From sequence record DRR378314_1208: DNA of 55,954 nucleotides; one strand, given 5' to 3'. Below, piece after piece: positions 31,601-40,683 of this stretch. The stretch's first letter is position 1, and the number at the start of each line of letters is the position of its first letter. The notes beneath the pieces were generated by a model that was not told the DNA's origin, ran no database searches, and worked only from the letters and a program-made list of their open reading frames with translations. Made by a program: the position numbers and the translations under genes.

Positions 31601-32791
31601 GCCTATGGCCACGACATCGGCGGAATAATCGACGCATCAGCCAGCCTCAGTGGACCACTCAAATCTCCGCAATTCAGCGCCCACGCGGATTTGAGCGATG
31701 GCATCTACGAATTTGGCGCAACCAGTCTTCGGCTCGTGAATTTGAGTCTCGAAGCGGCATATGGCGACAATGAGCTACGACTGAAAGGATCAGGCGACGG
31801 CGCGGACGGCGGCTCCGCCAAGATCCTGGGAGCGTTGTCTAATGACAACACAAGTCTCGAGACCGAGTTTTCGGATCTGCTGCTCTACAATCGCGACGGC
31901 GACTCTTTGCGAGCGGATGGCGACATTTCGCTAACCGGAGACGCGGTATCTCGCACAGTGAATGGCAAGCTGGACATCGAATCGGCAGAATTCAATCTCG
32001 ACAATCTTCCCTCATCGAAAGCCCAAGCGATTGACGTACGATGGATGGAAGACGGCGAGTTCGCAGCCGGCGAAAGCGAATTCCGCCAGTCCCTGGCGCT
32101 CGATCTGGCCATCACAGCTGACCGGCGTGTCTATATCGACGGGCGCGGCCTTGAAAGTGAGTGGAGCGCCAACCTGAAACTGACCGGAACGGCAGCTGAC
32201 CCGCAACTTAACGGACGCGCCAGTATGCGACGCGGAACACTTGCCCTGGCTGGCCGCCCATTCGTCTTTGACAGTGGGACAGTTTACTTCGATGGGCCCA
32301 TCCAACGCGCGCGACTGGACATCGAAGCCGAGCGAAGCGTCAACGGTTTTGAAGCGACGGTCGCTTTAACCGGCTCACCGATGCGACCCGACATCGAATT
32401 GAGCAGCACACCGGACTTGCCGGAAGACGAGATTCTTTCCCGCCTGCTCTTTGGCCGCTCATCGGTCGACCTGTCCGCACTCGAAGCAGCGCAATTGGCC
32501 AATTCAATCGCGCAACTGAGTGGCAATAGAACGGGATTCGACCCGACCTCCGAGCTTCAGGCAGCATTGGGCGTAGACCGCTTGTCGTTTGGCACCAGTG
32601 AAGAAGGAACCGCCCAAGTAGGTGTGGGACAATACATCGCGGAGGATGTATATCTCGAGTTAAACTCAGCAGGCGCGGCAGGAAGTTCCGTTGAGGTTGA
32701 GTGGGAGCCAAGACCTCAAGTCTCGGTTACTTCAGAAACTACTACAGACGGAGAGGCAAGGCTCTCTATAAAGTGGAAAAAAGATTACTGA
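28679..32791 (+). CDS. tamB: Translocation/assembly module TamB (DUF490)
   Basis: 1370 aa; N-terminal TM; GRGLESEW; LSSTP.LPEDEILSRLLFG; GQYIAEDVY; WKKDY; 1-nt overlap with tamA. Confidence 0.9.
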   Translation: MAAFHSLLGMVRRRRWLMAALSVLLVLCTILIAARIWIASNGGRAFLEAQIDGREAGPLGTVEIDGLRGDPLDQMSVARLTISDEDGVWLTAEGIDLAWSPARLVSRTVKLDLIGADRINVIRRPILGQRDERNSSGSSNWAVSLDTLAIDELLLQEGVAGPKAAFEIDGNLRLPKTRTFELALTALPLEGAGDRIDARLTRNASGAFRIDADIEAPAGGTIATLTNLPEGENATLIARASGTLESGDGFAELKLSDATVAELTAKITDGKLRANTTINAERLPVSDRVRQLVGQSARVTLDAETGKKKAPFELSANVASGTLSANGTYRSGKRDLDGPLNLDLSFTGFETLTDFSADLTFTGQLADPLGIPTLSGDATLNRRDGSDLPFGQMSGPVKIRSNEQTIQFEGQLAGKGILKSNQTALRILGKTPSVQVAGEYDRTSGELSLSPSTARLERGRADASGNVSTRDKTLDLQVKLQNVSGLLSTAPDLSAGGLLALNGTFDAPNISADLRIQNIDALNAIAVDALGASARLRGDIQKKGQTFVVRSASLDGSNLSATGSGKFAASDATDLVVQLAQSDALSIFGTQIQLGTGTVRLTGSNGIDAVHFASSGGRLARDSVEIEGLETTIKLQNEDNSWAGPVELAGQMGQQPVAVNATASWADSVFALRNISSRYDTAQLSGSLVYGGDVGLDMNLNATGDRFAFESRRVGLFDVAVQIRRPPEEDTSIVASGDVRDVWLSPSLRFDSVTGKIQNAPEGYNFAVQIERDHDARPTSLDMLGSADFAADYPSGQIELDGTLLGEAARSVQPVSWRLGDTPSIEANLAMFGGSIEARIEEDTRTPRMKFEIANVDLAPVMASAGIATRRVMVNGRGDFLLFGANPEGQFDMEVEGPLPGLERSLAIELVGQLRGQALTIEGAGDYGDLRLAGAASLPVSANPDGIAHLNMDAPVKGTANLNGDLSDLRSLALAYGHDIGGIIDASASLSGPLKSPQFSAHADLSDGIYEFGATSLRLVNLSLEAAYGDNELRLKGSGDGADGGSAKILGALSNDNTSLETEFSDLLLYNRDGDSLRADGDISLTGDAVSRTVNGKLDIESAEFNLDNLPSSKAQAIDVRWMEDGEFAAGESEFRQSLALDLAITADRRVYIDGRGLESEWSANLKLTGTAADPQLNGRASMRRGTLALAGRPFVFDSGTVYFDGPIQRARLDIEAERSVNGFEATVALTGSPMRPDIELSSTPDLPEDEILSRLLFGRSSVDLSALEAAQLANSIAQLSGNRTGFDPTSELQAALGVDRLSFGTSEEGTAQVGVGQYIAEDVYLELNSAGAAGSSVEVEWEPRPQVSVTSETTTDGEARLSIKWKKDY

Positions 32792-32950
32792 TCGTTACGC
32801 AAGTTTAATCCACCTATGGTGGCGACCGCTGCGCCCTATCATGGATTAAACGAATTACACAAAGCGCTGCTTTATATGGGTTTTTTCATACCCCAAAGCA
32901 GTTCAGTATTGGATTCATAATCGGAGCGTAATACGTAAGTCTCAGCGCAT

Positions 32951-32966
32951 TACATTTTTGGGGGTA
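32951..32966. promoter_or_regulatory. Candidate TF site (TACCCC-N4-GGGGTA family) upstream of the XRE gene
   Basis: TACATTTTTGGGGGTA, plus a half-site TACCCC at 32889-32894; the motif recurs in other island intergenic regions. Confidence 0.4.
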
Positions 32967-33038
32967 ACGGCAATCTTGCTATAACACCCTTTGCGCGAAA
33001 ACTTGTCACCTCTGATGGATATATGGAGAGAGCAGATC

Positions 33039-33407
33039 ATGAAGCAATCTACTTCCAGAGCCCCAACGGCAGTCGATCAGATGGTTGGCGAAAAAATCCG
33101 AAGACTTCGTCTGGACCGTAATTTGACTCTTGCCGAACTCGGCTCCGAGCTGGGCATTAGCCATCAACAGCTGCAGAAGTACGAAACCGGCACAAATCGC
33201 CTCAGCGCCGGCATGCTCGCGAATGTTGCGGATGTTCTCCGCGTTTCCATTGCCAGCCTGTTCGAGGACGAGAACGCGGACGATAGCAAGGATGCCGATC
33301 CGTCCGCGAAGGTGCGGGCAGAATGCCACTCCTGGATCGATCGGACGCCGTCCAAGGAACGCCTTAGCATGATGGCTAAAGTTCTGCGCGTTATGTCGAC
33401 TGACTAA
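33039..33407 (+). CDS. XRE-family HTH transcriptional regulator
   Basis: VDQMVGEKIRRLR...LGISHQQLQKYETGTNRLSA; GGAGAG RBS. Confidence 0.93.
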   Translation: MKQSTSRAPTAVDQMVGEKIRRLRLDRNLTLAELGSELGISHQQLQKYETGTNRLSAGMLANVADVLRVSIASLFEDENADDSKDADPSAKVRAECHSWIDRTPSKERLSMMAKVLRVMSTD

Positions 33408-33431
33408 GTCCGCCCCAACGGCGACCTCAAC

Positions 33432-34418
33432 CTAACCCACTGCACGATTTTTAGCCGCGGGCTCTTGGCCGGTGGCAGACAATTCACTCAGTTCTTTTGG
33501 GTGGAGGAAGTCGTCCGTGAACCAAGGCGATGCATCCTTGGCGAACAATGACTTGATCCACTCGATCATAAGATTTCCAAGAGGCGTGCGGCGTGTCTGG
33601 TCGGTATAAGCGATCCAGAACTGGATCGGTGCCACTTCAGACATATCCAGCGCCATGAGGTCCGGGAATACTTCCTTGTGATAAGTCGGCAGGAGGGCGA
33701 TTCCCCCGCCTCGGCGACAAAGCTCGATCATGGCGCTCGCCGAATTCGTCACGAACGCAAAGTCGATCATCTTCTTCAACTCGCCCGCCTTGGGCGCCCA
33801 TCGCTCGACTTGGCGCACATACGATTCGTGCAAGATGCAGCGATACTGATAGTACTCAAAAAGGCTCGACGGCAGCGTTTCCTGCGCATCCAGATAATCC
33901 TGAGAAGCAAAGCCGATATAATGAAGCGTACCCAGCTTGTGGGAGATAATCTCAGGATCCCTCGGCTCGGTGAACTGGATTGCAATGTCGACTTCGTCGT
34001 TCAGTAGATCAGGCTCCTGCTCCTGAACATGCATACGAACCTGCGCTTTCGGGTGCACCTTCTGAAATTGCGCGAGACGTGGCGCAATCCAGTACGGCCC
34101 GACACCATCGCCAGTTCCTATCGTGACGCGCCCCTCTGAGCCATCACTCTGGCCAACAGCCTCGCTCAGCACCTGATTTGCCGCATCTTCCATTTGCCGC
34201 GAATAGCGCAGGACGATCTTGCCGGTCTCCGTCAGCTCCATGCCTCGCGTCGACCGCGTGAACAGCTTGCTGCTGAGGAACTTCTCCAATTCATCCATTT
34301 TGCGGCTGACGGTCGGCGGCGACTCATTCAGACGAGCAGCGGCAGCCGTCATGCTACCCATCTCAGCCACTACTTTGAAGACGCGGAGCTTGTCCCAATC
34401 GATCCGACTCTGGCTCAT
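33432..34418 (-). CDS. LysR-family transcriptional regulator
   Basis: DWDKLRVF..VAEMGSMTAAA.RL.ES.PTVSRKM..LE...LFTRSTRGMELT, followed by a substrate-binding domain. Confidence 0.94.
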   Translation of the reverse strand: MSQSRIDWDKLRVFKVVAEMGSMTAAAARLNESPPTVSRKMDELEKFLSSKLFTRSTRGMELTETGKIVLRYSRQMEDAANQVLSEAVGQSDGSEGRVTIGTGDGVGPYWIAPRLAQFQKVHPKAQVRMHVQEQEPDLLNDEVDIAIQFTEPRDPEIISHKLGTLHYIGFASQDYLDAQETLPSSLFEYYQYRCILHESYVRQVERWAPKAGELKKMIDFAFVTNSASAMIELCRRGGGIALLPTYHKEVFPDLMALDMSEVAPIQFWIAYTDQTRRTPLGNLMIEWIKSLFAKDASPWFTDDFLHPKELSELSATGQEPAAKNRAVG

Positions 34419-34786
34419 GACGCCCCCCAATTTTTGACGATTAGCGGTAGTAGATACACCCTATAGTTTATTGAAGGAAAGGGTAATCGTTCAGTTCCCT
34501 TCCGCCCCAGAAAACCTAGTGATTACTAGCAACTATGTTTTAGTTTCCGCCGCCATATGCAAATCCATCTCACGAACAATACGCTCTAGTGAGGATTGTT
34601 GGCACAGCAACAAAACTTCGTGAACAGAGGGATCTATTGCTCCCCCAACTAGTCGAGTGGGAAGTCCGAAGCCCTGAGTATACGCTTCATTCGTGAACTG
34701 ATTTTTAGAAGAAAAATGCAGCTTCTGAGAAAAATAGTCTGCTTTCTGCCACAAAACCCGCATATCATTGCAGCATTATGTCAACG

Positions 34787-35410
34787 TCAGACCGCGTGAC
34801 GAATGGCTCCAACTTCCAAGGCACGGACGATCAGTTCCGTCCGGTTCCGCGAACCGAGCTTGTCTCCAATAGACTTCACGTAAATCTTGATTGTCTCGGG
34901 AGACAATCCCAGCTCGCGAGCCATTTCCTTGTTCGTCATTCCGCCTTGAAGCAGTCCGAGGACATCCTGCTCGCGCTCAGTGAACCGAACACTCACCTGG
35001 CGATCATGGGCCATTACGCCAAATGACCGGGTCTTCTCAGAGCCTTCATTCTTGCAAATGTCCCGCACTGCCCGGACGAACTCGTGACCCAAAATACTCT
35101 TTGAAATGAAGCCATTAGCCCCACCCTCAAGGGCTAATTCGATCTCACCTCTCGAGGCAATACCCGAAAGCGCGATCAACTTTACATCCGGCATGATCTC
35201 ACGAAAGTTCGCGAAGCCTGATGGAAGAGCCAAGCCGGGCATTCTGATATCAAGCAACGCAACCGCAGTGTCCGGATTGTCGTACAAGGAGCGCACTGCA
35301 CTCGCATAGTCTGATGCCTTCACGACCTTTGCCACGTCAGGCCACATCTCCAGCAGGCAGGACAAGGCGTCCACAAACAAGCTGTGATCATCAGCCACAA
35401 GAATCTTCAT
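34787..35410 (-). CDS. NarL/LuxR-family response regulator
   Basis: MKILVADDH; LLDIRMPG; LSG; GFISK; HTH FTEREQDVL.LL..GMTNKEMARELGLSPETIK.YV. Confidence 0.94.
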   Translation of the reverse strand: MKILVADDHSLFVDALSCLLEMWPDVAKVVKASDYASAVRSLYDNPDTAVALLDIRMPGLALPSGFANFREIMPDVKLIALSGIASRGEIELALEGGANGFISKSILGHEFVRAVRDICKNEGSEKTRSFGVMAHDRQVSVRFTEREQDVLGLLQGGMTNKEMARELGLSPETIKIYVKSIGDKLGSRNRTELIVRALEVGAIRHAV

Positions 35411-35705
35411 ACCAGTTTCACTAGTCACAATATTCGGTCCGATCAGATTATTGATGATGCGCTTTGGTCGCCCATCGTCCCCAAGAGTGTGGAGACAAGT
35501 ATAGCCCAAACATACACGCCAACTAATACCCCCATATGGCCCCCCCTAATAGCCTCCCCCTCGAAAATTGGGTTCGCTCGTCGGTCAAAATGTTAGCCTA
35601 ACTCAGTTTCGATTCAGCGCCTGAATGCACCTTGCCGTCCAACCTGATGAGCGGATAGACACCAACGAGCAGCCAAAACTGCATATAGAAAAACATATCA
35701 ATTAC

Positions 35706-35721
35706 TACCCTAAACGGGGAG
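35706..35721. promoter_or_regulatory. Candidate TF site between the response regulator and kinase
   Basis: TACCCTAAACGGGGAG imperfect palindrome; related TACCCCCATATGGCCC at 35527-35542. Confidence 0.45.
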
Positions 35722-36147
35722 CATTGCTGCCAAAATTCAAATTGATTCACTGCTTCCTACCAGATGATGCAAGAATGATCATTTGCTAGGCAGTAGCATT
35801 GACTTGGAATTCAGCTTGCAGGAAGTGATGTTCCATCAATCAACTTTGGAAATACATCACCCGCAATGTGGCGCATCACGCAGGATGCCCCCGGCGGAAC
35901 AATATGATGGGACCGCCACCTCACAATGGCAAAGTGAAGCCACCAAGCTTTCCACCCCCCGAATCTTTGGGAACGGCACATGAGGAATATACGTTAGACT
36001 CTAGACGCCAGTATGTTTGCCAACGCCACGAATGTTTGATGCAACGTCTGAAGCGCATCGGAAAAATTGGCCACACCAAACCACCAGCAGCATCACACTT
36101 CATTGTCACATCACGCATATCCGATCGCGAGGAAATTGAATACAGTT

Positions 36148-36885
36148 ATGGATAAAGACCAGCCGCTAGACGATGACGAAAACACAATCTCTTCGCAAAG
36201 TCATTTTGTGGAGGGCGTGGCGCACGACCTGAATAATCTGATCGCTGCAACGGCGGGGTTTGCAACACTTATCTTGTCCAATCCGGAGCGCCACGCGCAC
36301 GTTTATGCTGAACGAATTCTCGCCGCATCACGAATGTCAGGCCTGCTTGTAGAGCGGCTGATACATCCGCACGAGCGACACGTAACTGCAGGCGCCCACA
36401 ATGTTTCCGATGTCATCGACGAGATCGTAACACTCATAGAGCTTGGATCGGGCAAGAAAACCAAGGTGCACGTTTCCATTGATGAAGCTATCAAGGATTA
36501 CCAAATTGACGTCGCTGATCTGCAACAATTGATCATGAACCTCTCGATCAACGCGCGACACGCCCTGAGGGCGAACAAAACCAACCCCGAACTCACAATC
36601 AAAATCAATCATGCGCCAGAGGAGTTTGCGCAACGCCAACCCGACTTCGGCAGCACCACACGCGCACAGAAATATCTCTGCCTTGAAGTATCCGACAACG
36701 GAGCCGGCATGGATGAGGCAACACGACGAAACGTGCTGAAACCCTATTTCACCACCAAAAAAGAATTGGGAACCGGCATCGGCCTCGTAATTGTTTCCAA
36801 TATTGCCAAGTCCTACGGCGGCGCAATTTTCATAGATAGCGAACCAGGCCGTGGCACGCAGTTCTCAGTGTTGTGGCCCATATAA
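36148..36885 (+). CDS. Histidine kinase core (HisKA + HATPase) lacking a sensor domain
   Basis: GVAHDLNN; LQQLIMNLSINARHA; VSDNGAGMD; PYFTTK; GTGIGL; DSEPGRGTQF. Only ~20 aa precede the H-box helix. Confidence 0.88.
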   Translation: MDKDQPLDDDENTISSQSHFVEGVAHDLNNLIAATAGFATLILSNPERHAHVYAERILAASRMSGLLVERLIHPHERHVTAGAHNVSDVIDEIVTLIELGSGKKTKVHVSIDEAIKDYQIDVADLQQLIMNLSINARHALRANKTNPELTIKINHAPEEFAQRQPDFGSTTRAQKYLCLEVSDNGAGMDEATRRNVLKPYFTTKKELGTGIGLVIVSNIAKSYGGAIFIDSEPGRGTQFSVLWPI

Positions 36886-36906
36886 GCGGCCAACAGCTAC
36901 TGCTGT

Positions 36907-37473
36907 CTAGCCGATTTTTTGCAGTTGGCTTTGCCTGACAGTGACGGGAACCTTTCGCGACAACATGCTAATCAGCAAGGTTACGCGATCCGTATCCGGC
37001 AACGAAACCACATCGCCAATCCAGTTGTCGAAAGCACCCGATAGGACGCGCACACGATCCCCAGGCGTAAACTCCGGCTGAACACTGCCTGCTCCCTGTC
37101 GATCAGACAGCTCTATCATGCGCTCAACAAGACCGAACGGGAGCTGTGCCAGCTGCCCCCCGAAACTCAGCACCCTGCTTACTCCGATTGTGCTGTTTAT
37201 CGGATACCAGCTGTCTTTCTCAAGATTTAATTCAACAAACAGGTATCCAGGGAAAAGCGGCTTCTTCCGACGAACAACCTTTCGGGCATGCCGCACATTC
37301 TTCTCAAAGGTTGGCAGGAAAGATCGGTAGCCCTGGCGTGAAAGATGGGAGTTTGCAAGAACCTCCTGTCCTGCCTTGCTTTGCACCACGTACCAGTGCC
37401 TGAACTCGCCGCAATGCACTTCATGGCGAACCTGTGCTGCATCAGAAACCACGCAGCTCGAAACCGTTGACAT
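36907..37473 (-). CDS. RfaH-like NusG-paralog transcription antiterminator
   Basis: NGN WYVVQSK.GQE..A..HL.RQG...FLP...PLFPGYLFV...W..INSTIGV..VLSFG; KOW FTPGDRVRVLSGAF...DRVTLLI; GGGG RBS. Confidence 0.9.
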   Translation of the reverse strand: MSTVSSCVVSDAAQVRHEVHCGEFRHWYVVQSKAGQEVLANSHLSRQGYRSFLPTFEKNVRHARKVVRRKKPLFPGYLFVELNLEKDSWYPINSTIGVSRVLSFGGQLAQLPFGLVERMIELSDRQGAGSVQPEFTPGDRVRVLSGAFDNWIGDVVSLPDTDRVTLLISMLSRKVPVTVRQSQLQKIG

Positions 37474-37776
37474 AGATATCCCCCGACAGACTGTTGTTCG
37501 TGGGCTGATTTTTATTAATCCAGCCCAGCTGACCCCGTCGTGAATTTAGGTGCCAATGATCTTGCCTCATCGAAAGCCACCCGAGACGGCCCCACATTTG
37601 GACTAACCAACAAGCTGGAAAATGAAGCATGACCTGGAACGCCGTCAGATCGGCATACAAAAACGAGCTGAGATTGCGCACAATCCAGCCCGTCAAAAAT
37701 ATACATGTGGTTGTATTGATCGCGATCAGCACAGCTCACCATCACACCATGATGAGCGCAGAAACAATTACACCCC

Positions 37777-38268
37777 TTACGGACTAATTGGGTCACCATC
37801 GTCATCAAGCTCATTAATGATGATGACGCCACCAACAAGCACACCAGCCCCTACCGCGGCGGTAACAACTGGGCTGTTGAACCCAAGTAGAGGTGCACTA
37901 TCCGGTGCCTGAACTGGTGCAGCACCGAAGTTGCTCGCCTGAAGCTGCACTATTTCTGCTGTGCAAACATTCGCGCCTGTTGCCATTGAACTACTCTCCC
38001 CAACAATTACGGGAGAACACCCCGGGGCGGAGACTTGAACCTGGGCATCTGCCCCCGTGATGATCCTGTCGCCTGGCATCAACTGGAAGCCGTCCGTCAC
38101 CGAAACAGTGATCCCGCTGCGCTGCACCTCAACGGCCCCTGTCACCCCAGACAAGGTTCCGATGGGACCGCTACCGGCACCTCCTTCCGCCTGATCTGCC
38201 GCCGCCATTCCGCAGGCGAATGCGGCGACGATTGTCGCGCCAACCAAAAGACGAGCTTTGTTCATCAT
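37777..38268 (-). CDS. Small exported protein with C-terminal TM and acidic DDDGDPISP tail
   Basis: Signal peptide ending MAAA; beta-rich domain (GAVEVQR...L.PGDRIITG) with two Cys; C-terminal hydrophobic segment VVTAAVGAGVLVGGVIII. Confidence 0.8.
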   Translation of the reverse strand: MMNKARLLVGATIVAAFACGMAAADQAEGGAGSGPIGTLSGVTGAVEVQRSGITVSVTDGFQLMPGDRIITGADAQVQVSAPGCSPVIVGESSSMATGANVCTAEIVQLQASNFGAAPVQAPDSAPLLGFNSPVVTAAVGAGVLVGGVIIINELDDDGDPISP

Positions 38269-38363
38269 CTTATCTTCCCTGCAAGACATTGTTCGTTGTG
38301 AACGTGACAGTGCAATATGATTACTTGCCTACGAAAATACCCAATCAACCATCATGTCACCAT

Positions 38364-38379
38364 TCCCCCATTTGGGGGT
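38364..38379. promoter_or_regulatory. Candidate TF site upstream of the small exported protein
   Basis: TCCCCCATTTGGGGGT palindrome ~95 nt upstream of the start. It could alternatively be a hairpin at the phosphatase 3' end. Confidence 0.4.
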
Positions 38380-39155
38380 CAGATGGCAGGTTCTGACACG
38401 TCAACCGAACAAGCTTGAAGTATGTGCCGCGTTTGCCCATCAATCATCAGTGCGCTCAGAACACCGCTCCGATACGCGCCGGTATCCAGTCCAATCCGAT
38501 TGGCACAGGTATCCACCTCGCGACTAATCGTATGACCATGCACGACCACAAGACCATGATCGATGCGCGACCTCAGGAAAGGCTCTCTTATCCAGTGCAT
38601 GTCCTGCGGTGTCTGATGCTCAAATGGAATCCCGGGACGGATCCCAGCATGCACAAAAAGGTAATCGCCAAAGCGCACATAGTCATGAAATCCGGACATG
38701 AACTGAATATCGTCAGATGGAATGGCGGATAGCAAAACTTCACGCAGCTCGAACTCATCCAGATCACGCAGCTCACGGCTTTGCACACCGTAACTCTCCG
38801 CACACGCCAAGCCGCCCTGTTGCAACCAAGGTCTAATCAGCTGCGTTTCGCCGCTTAACGCGCGGACGAGAATTTTTTCATGATTCCCGGCGATGAAATG
38901 GCATGTGTGCCGCACAGATAATTCGTCTCGCAGAAACTGCACCACGGATCGTGAAGAGGGCCCGCGATCGATCAGATCACCGAGAAACACAAGGGCAAGC
39001 TCCTTTGGCGCTCGCCGCGCGTTGTCGTCCTCGATCTGCGCGACCAGATCCAGAAGCAAGTCGAAGCATCCATGAATATCACCAATCGCATAAGCGCGCT
39101 TTCCGGGGGAGCCGGACGGACTGGATGATCGTTTCAGTAAATCGAATGGGAACAT
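38379..39155 (-). CDS. Metallophosphoesterase, PPP-type Ser/Thr protein phosphatase family
   Basis: AIGDIHG; LGDLIDRG; AGNHE; FVHAGIRPG; VVHGHT; GLDTGAY. Confidence 0.93.
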   Translation of the reverse strand: MFPFDLLKRSSSPSGSPGKRAYAIGDIHGCFDLLLDLVAQIEDDNARRAPKELALVFLGDLIDRGPSSRSVVQFLRDELSVRHTCHFIAGNHEKILVRALSGETQLIRPWLQQGGLACAESYGVQSRELRDLDEFELREVLLSAIPSDDIQFMSGFHDYVRFGDYLFVHAGIRPGIPFEHQTPQDMHWIREPFLRSRIDHGLVVVHGHTISREVDTCANRIGLDTGAYRSGVLSALMIDGQTRHILQACSVDVSEPAI

Positions 39156-39277
39156 GGATGATGGTTTCCTAGCGCCTGTTCTGCAAGACCACGGTATCAA
39201 TGTGAAGGGCACCGGAGGTCTAAACTAGGCTCCGGATAGGCTCAGGCACCCCCATTCGAGCACCCCATCAAGATAAC

Positions 39278-40234
39278 CTAGACCAGGGCACCCGACCGCA
39301 CGAGCCAAAGGCTCGGGTCAAGAGAAAACAAACTCATATCTGCCGGGCGCCAAACAAACTGCTCGTCCTCATCACCTCTCTCGACGAGGTGAATGTCCAT
39401 GCGATGCTCCCAATTGTACTTTTGCCCATCAAATACAAACGGCATATCTTGTCCCGGATCCAGATGCAGCCTCACACGCTGGATATCCGTATCGCTAGGG
39501 CGCTGAGAAGACCGCCCAAACTCCAACACAGGACACCAGGGCCGCCGCACATCAAGCGAGGCCGAACTCTCATGAATGTAACTGCATTCGAAATCGACCA
39601 TCACGCCCAAACGACGAGCCAACAAAATCCGTTCCCGGAACTGATGCCTGTGATTTATGCTTGCGTCTCGCCACCAATTTAGCAGACGCCGCCCACCGAC
39701 CGGGGCACCGTCAATTCCAAAATGACAAATATCAAATTCTGACGACTCCGGCCGGGCAAAGACAATCCGGACATTCATTTGCGGGCGGGTTTCTTTGAGA
39801 ATCGCGCGAAACCGACACCACGCCTCGCACCAGATCTGGTACGCTGGTGACTTCAATCCGCCACGCCACATAAAATGCGACCTATCCACATAAAGGACCA
39901 CACCTTCCATGTCCGGTCCGATGCGTTTCAGATAGATACGGACTTGATCCAATCGGCGCTGTATCGCGGCTTTCACGGTATGCTCGGACGCATTGACGCT
40001 ATGTCCACCATCAATCATCGCGAGGAGAAAACGACGACAGTCACCTGGCTCGCCGCCAGGCAGCACTGTCCAGTCATTGTGACCAGCCACCTGCAATTGG
40101 CGAACGATATCAAGTCTTGACGCAGGGCTTGCTCGATCCAGGGCGACCTCAACCGAATTTGCAATGTCGAACCATTCATCCGAACTCGCACTTAAATGCT
40201 CTACGGCAGTTCGCACCGGCTGCATTATATCCAC
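39278..40234 (-). CDS. Hypothetical protein (~315-318 aa)
   Basis: Long ORF filling the gap, co-oriented with its neighbours; no recognised domain. Alternative ATG at 40225. Confidence 0.6.
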   Translation of the reverse strand: MDIMQPVRTAVEHLSASSDEWFDIANSVEVALDRASPASRLDIVRQLQVAGHNDWTVLPGGEPGDCRRFLLAMIDGGHSVNASEHTVKAAIQRRLDQVRIYLKRIGPDMEGVVLYVDRSHFMWRGGLKSPAYQIWCEAWCRFRAILKETRPQMNVRIVFARPESSEFDICHFGIDGAPVGGRRLLNWWRDASINHRHQFRERILLARRLGVMVDFECSYIHESSASLDVRRPWCPVLEFGRSSQRPSDTDIQRVRLHLDPGQDMPFVFDGQKYNWEHRMDIHLVERGDEDEQFVWRPADMSLFSLDPSLWLVRSGALV

Positions 40235-40290
40235 CCGCCTCTGATTCTTGTTCGATAGATCGAGACTAGCAGCGGACCGCCTTCAGGGGA

Positions 40291-40306
40291 TCAACCCGAT
40301 GGGGTA
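40291..40306. promoter_or_regulatory. Candidate TF site in the divergent promoter region of the EPS operon
   Basis: TCAACCCGATGGGGTA, preceded by GACCGCCTTCAGGGGA; shares GGGGTAACG with the 32951 site. Confidence 0.4.
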
Positions 40307-40675
40307 ACGCATCTGGTAGCCGAAAGAAGTACCACGTCCAAAAAACGGCACTTCCCAACCGCAGAATAGCGAAAGAAGAAAGAACTATTTCTGCCTACTG
40401 AATTCTAGGAAATCCACTATATTAGTGGGCCGTCTTCTATATATCTCGCGCACCCTCCGAACATGGCGTCGAAATTTGCTGGCAAGATGCAGCACCCCCA
40501 GTGCACGAAATGCAATCGGATAGACCAACAAACGAGCAAATTTTGATATTCGGAAAATTGACTTCAAAACTTCGTCGAATTCCCCATTGACCTCGCCTAC
40601 GCAGCTCTATAGCTAGGCCTCGCAAACACGACCCAAATAACTTCCGCGTGAGCTCAAATGCTTGCACCCGGGAGT

Positions 40676-40683
40676 GCGGTAGC
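40676..40683 (+). promoter_or_regulatory. ops-like element in the EPS operon leader
   Basis: GCGGTAGC matches the core of the RfaH ops site (GGCGGTAGnnTG), on the coding strand ~255 nt before the first gene; an RfaH-like gene lies nearby. Confidence 0.3.

Noticed and set aside
34533..34763. 76-aa ORF between the LysR and response regulator genes
   Set aside because: No motif or clear RBS; more likely LysR promoter DNA.
35783..36155. Short ORFs upstream of the kinase as frameshifted sensor-domain remnants
   Set aside because: The translations show no PAS, GAF or TM character, so a pseudogene call is unsupported.
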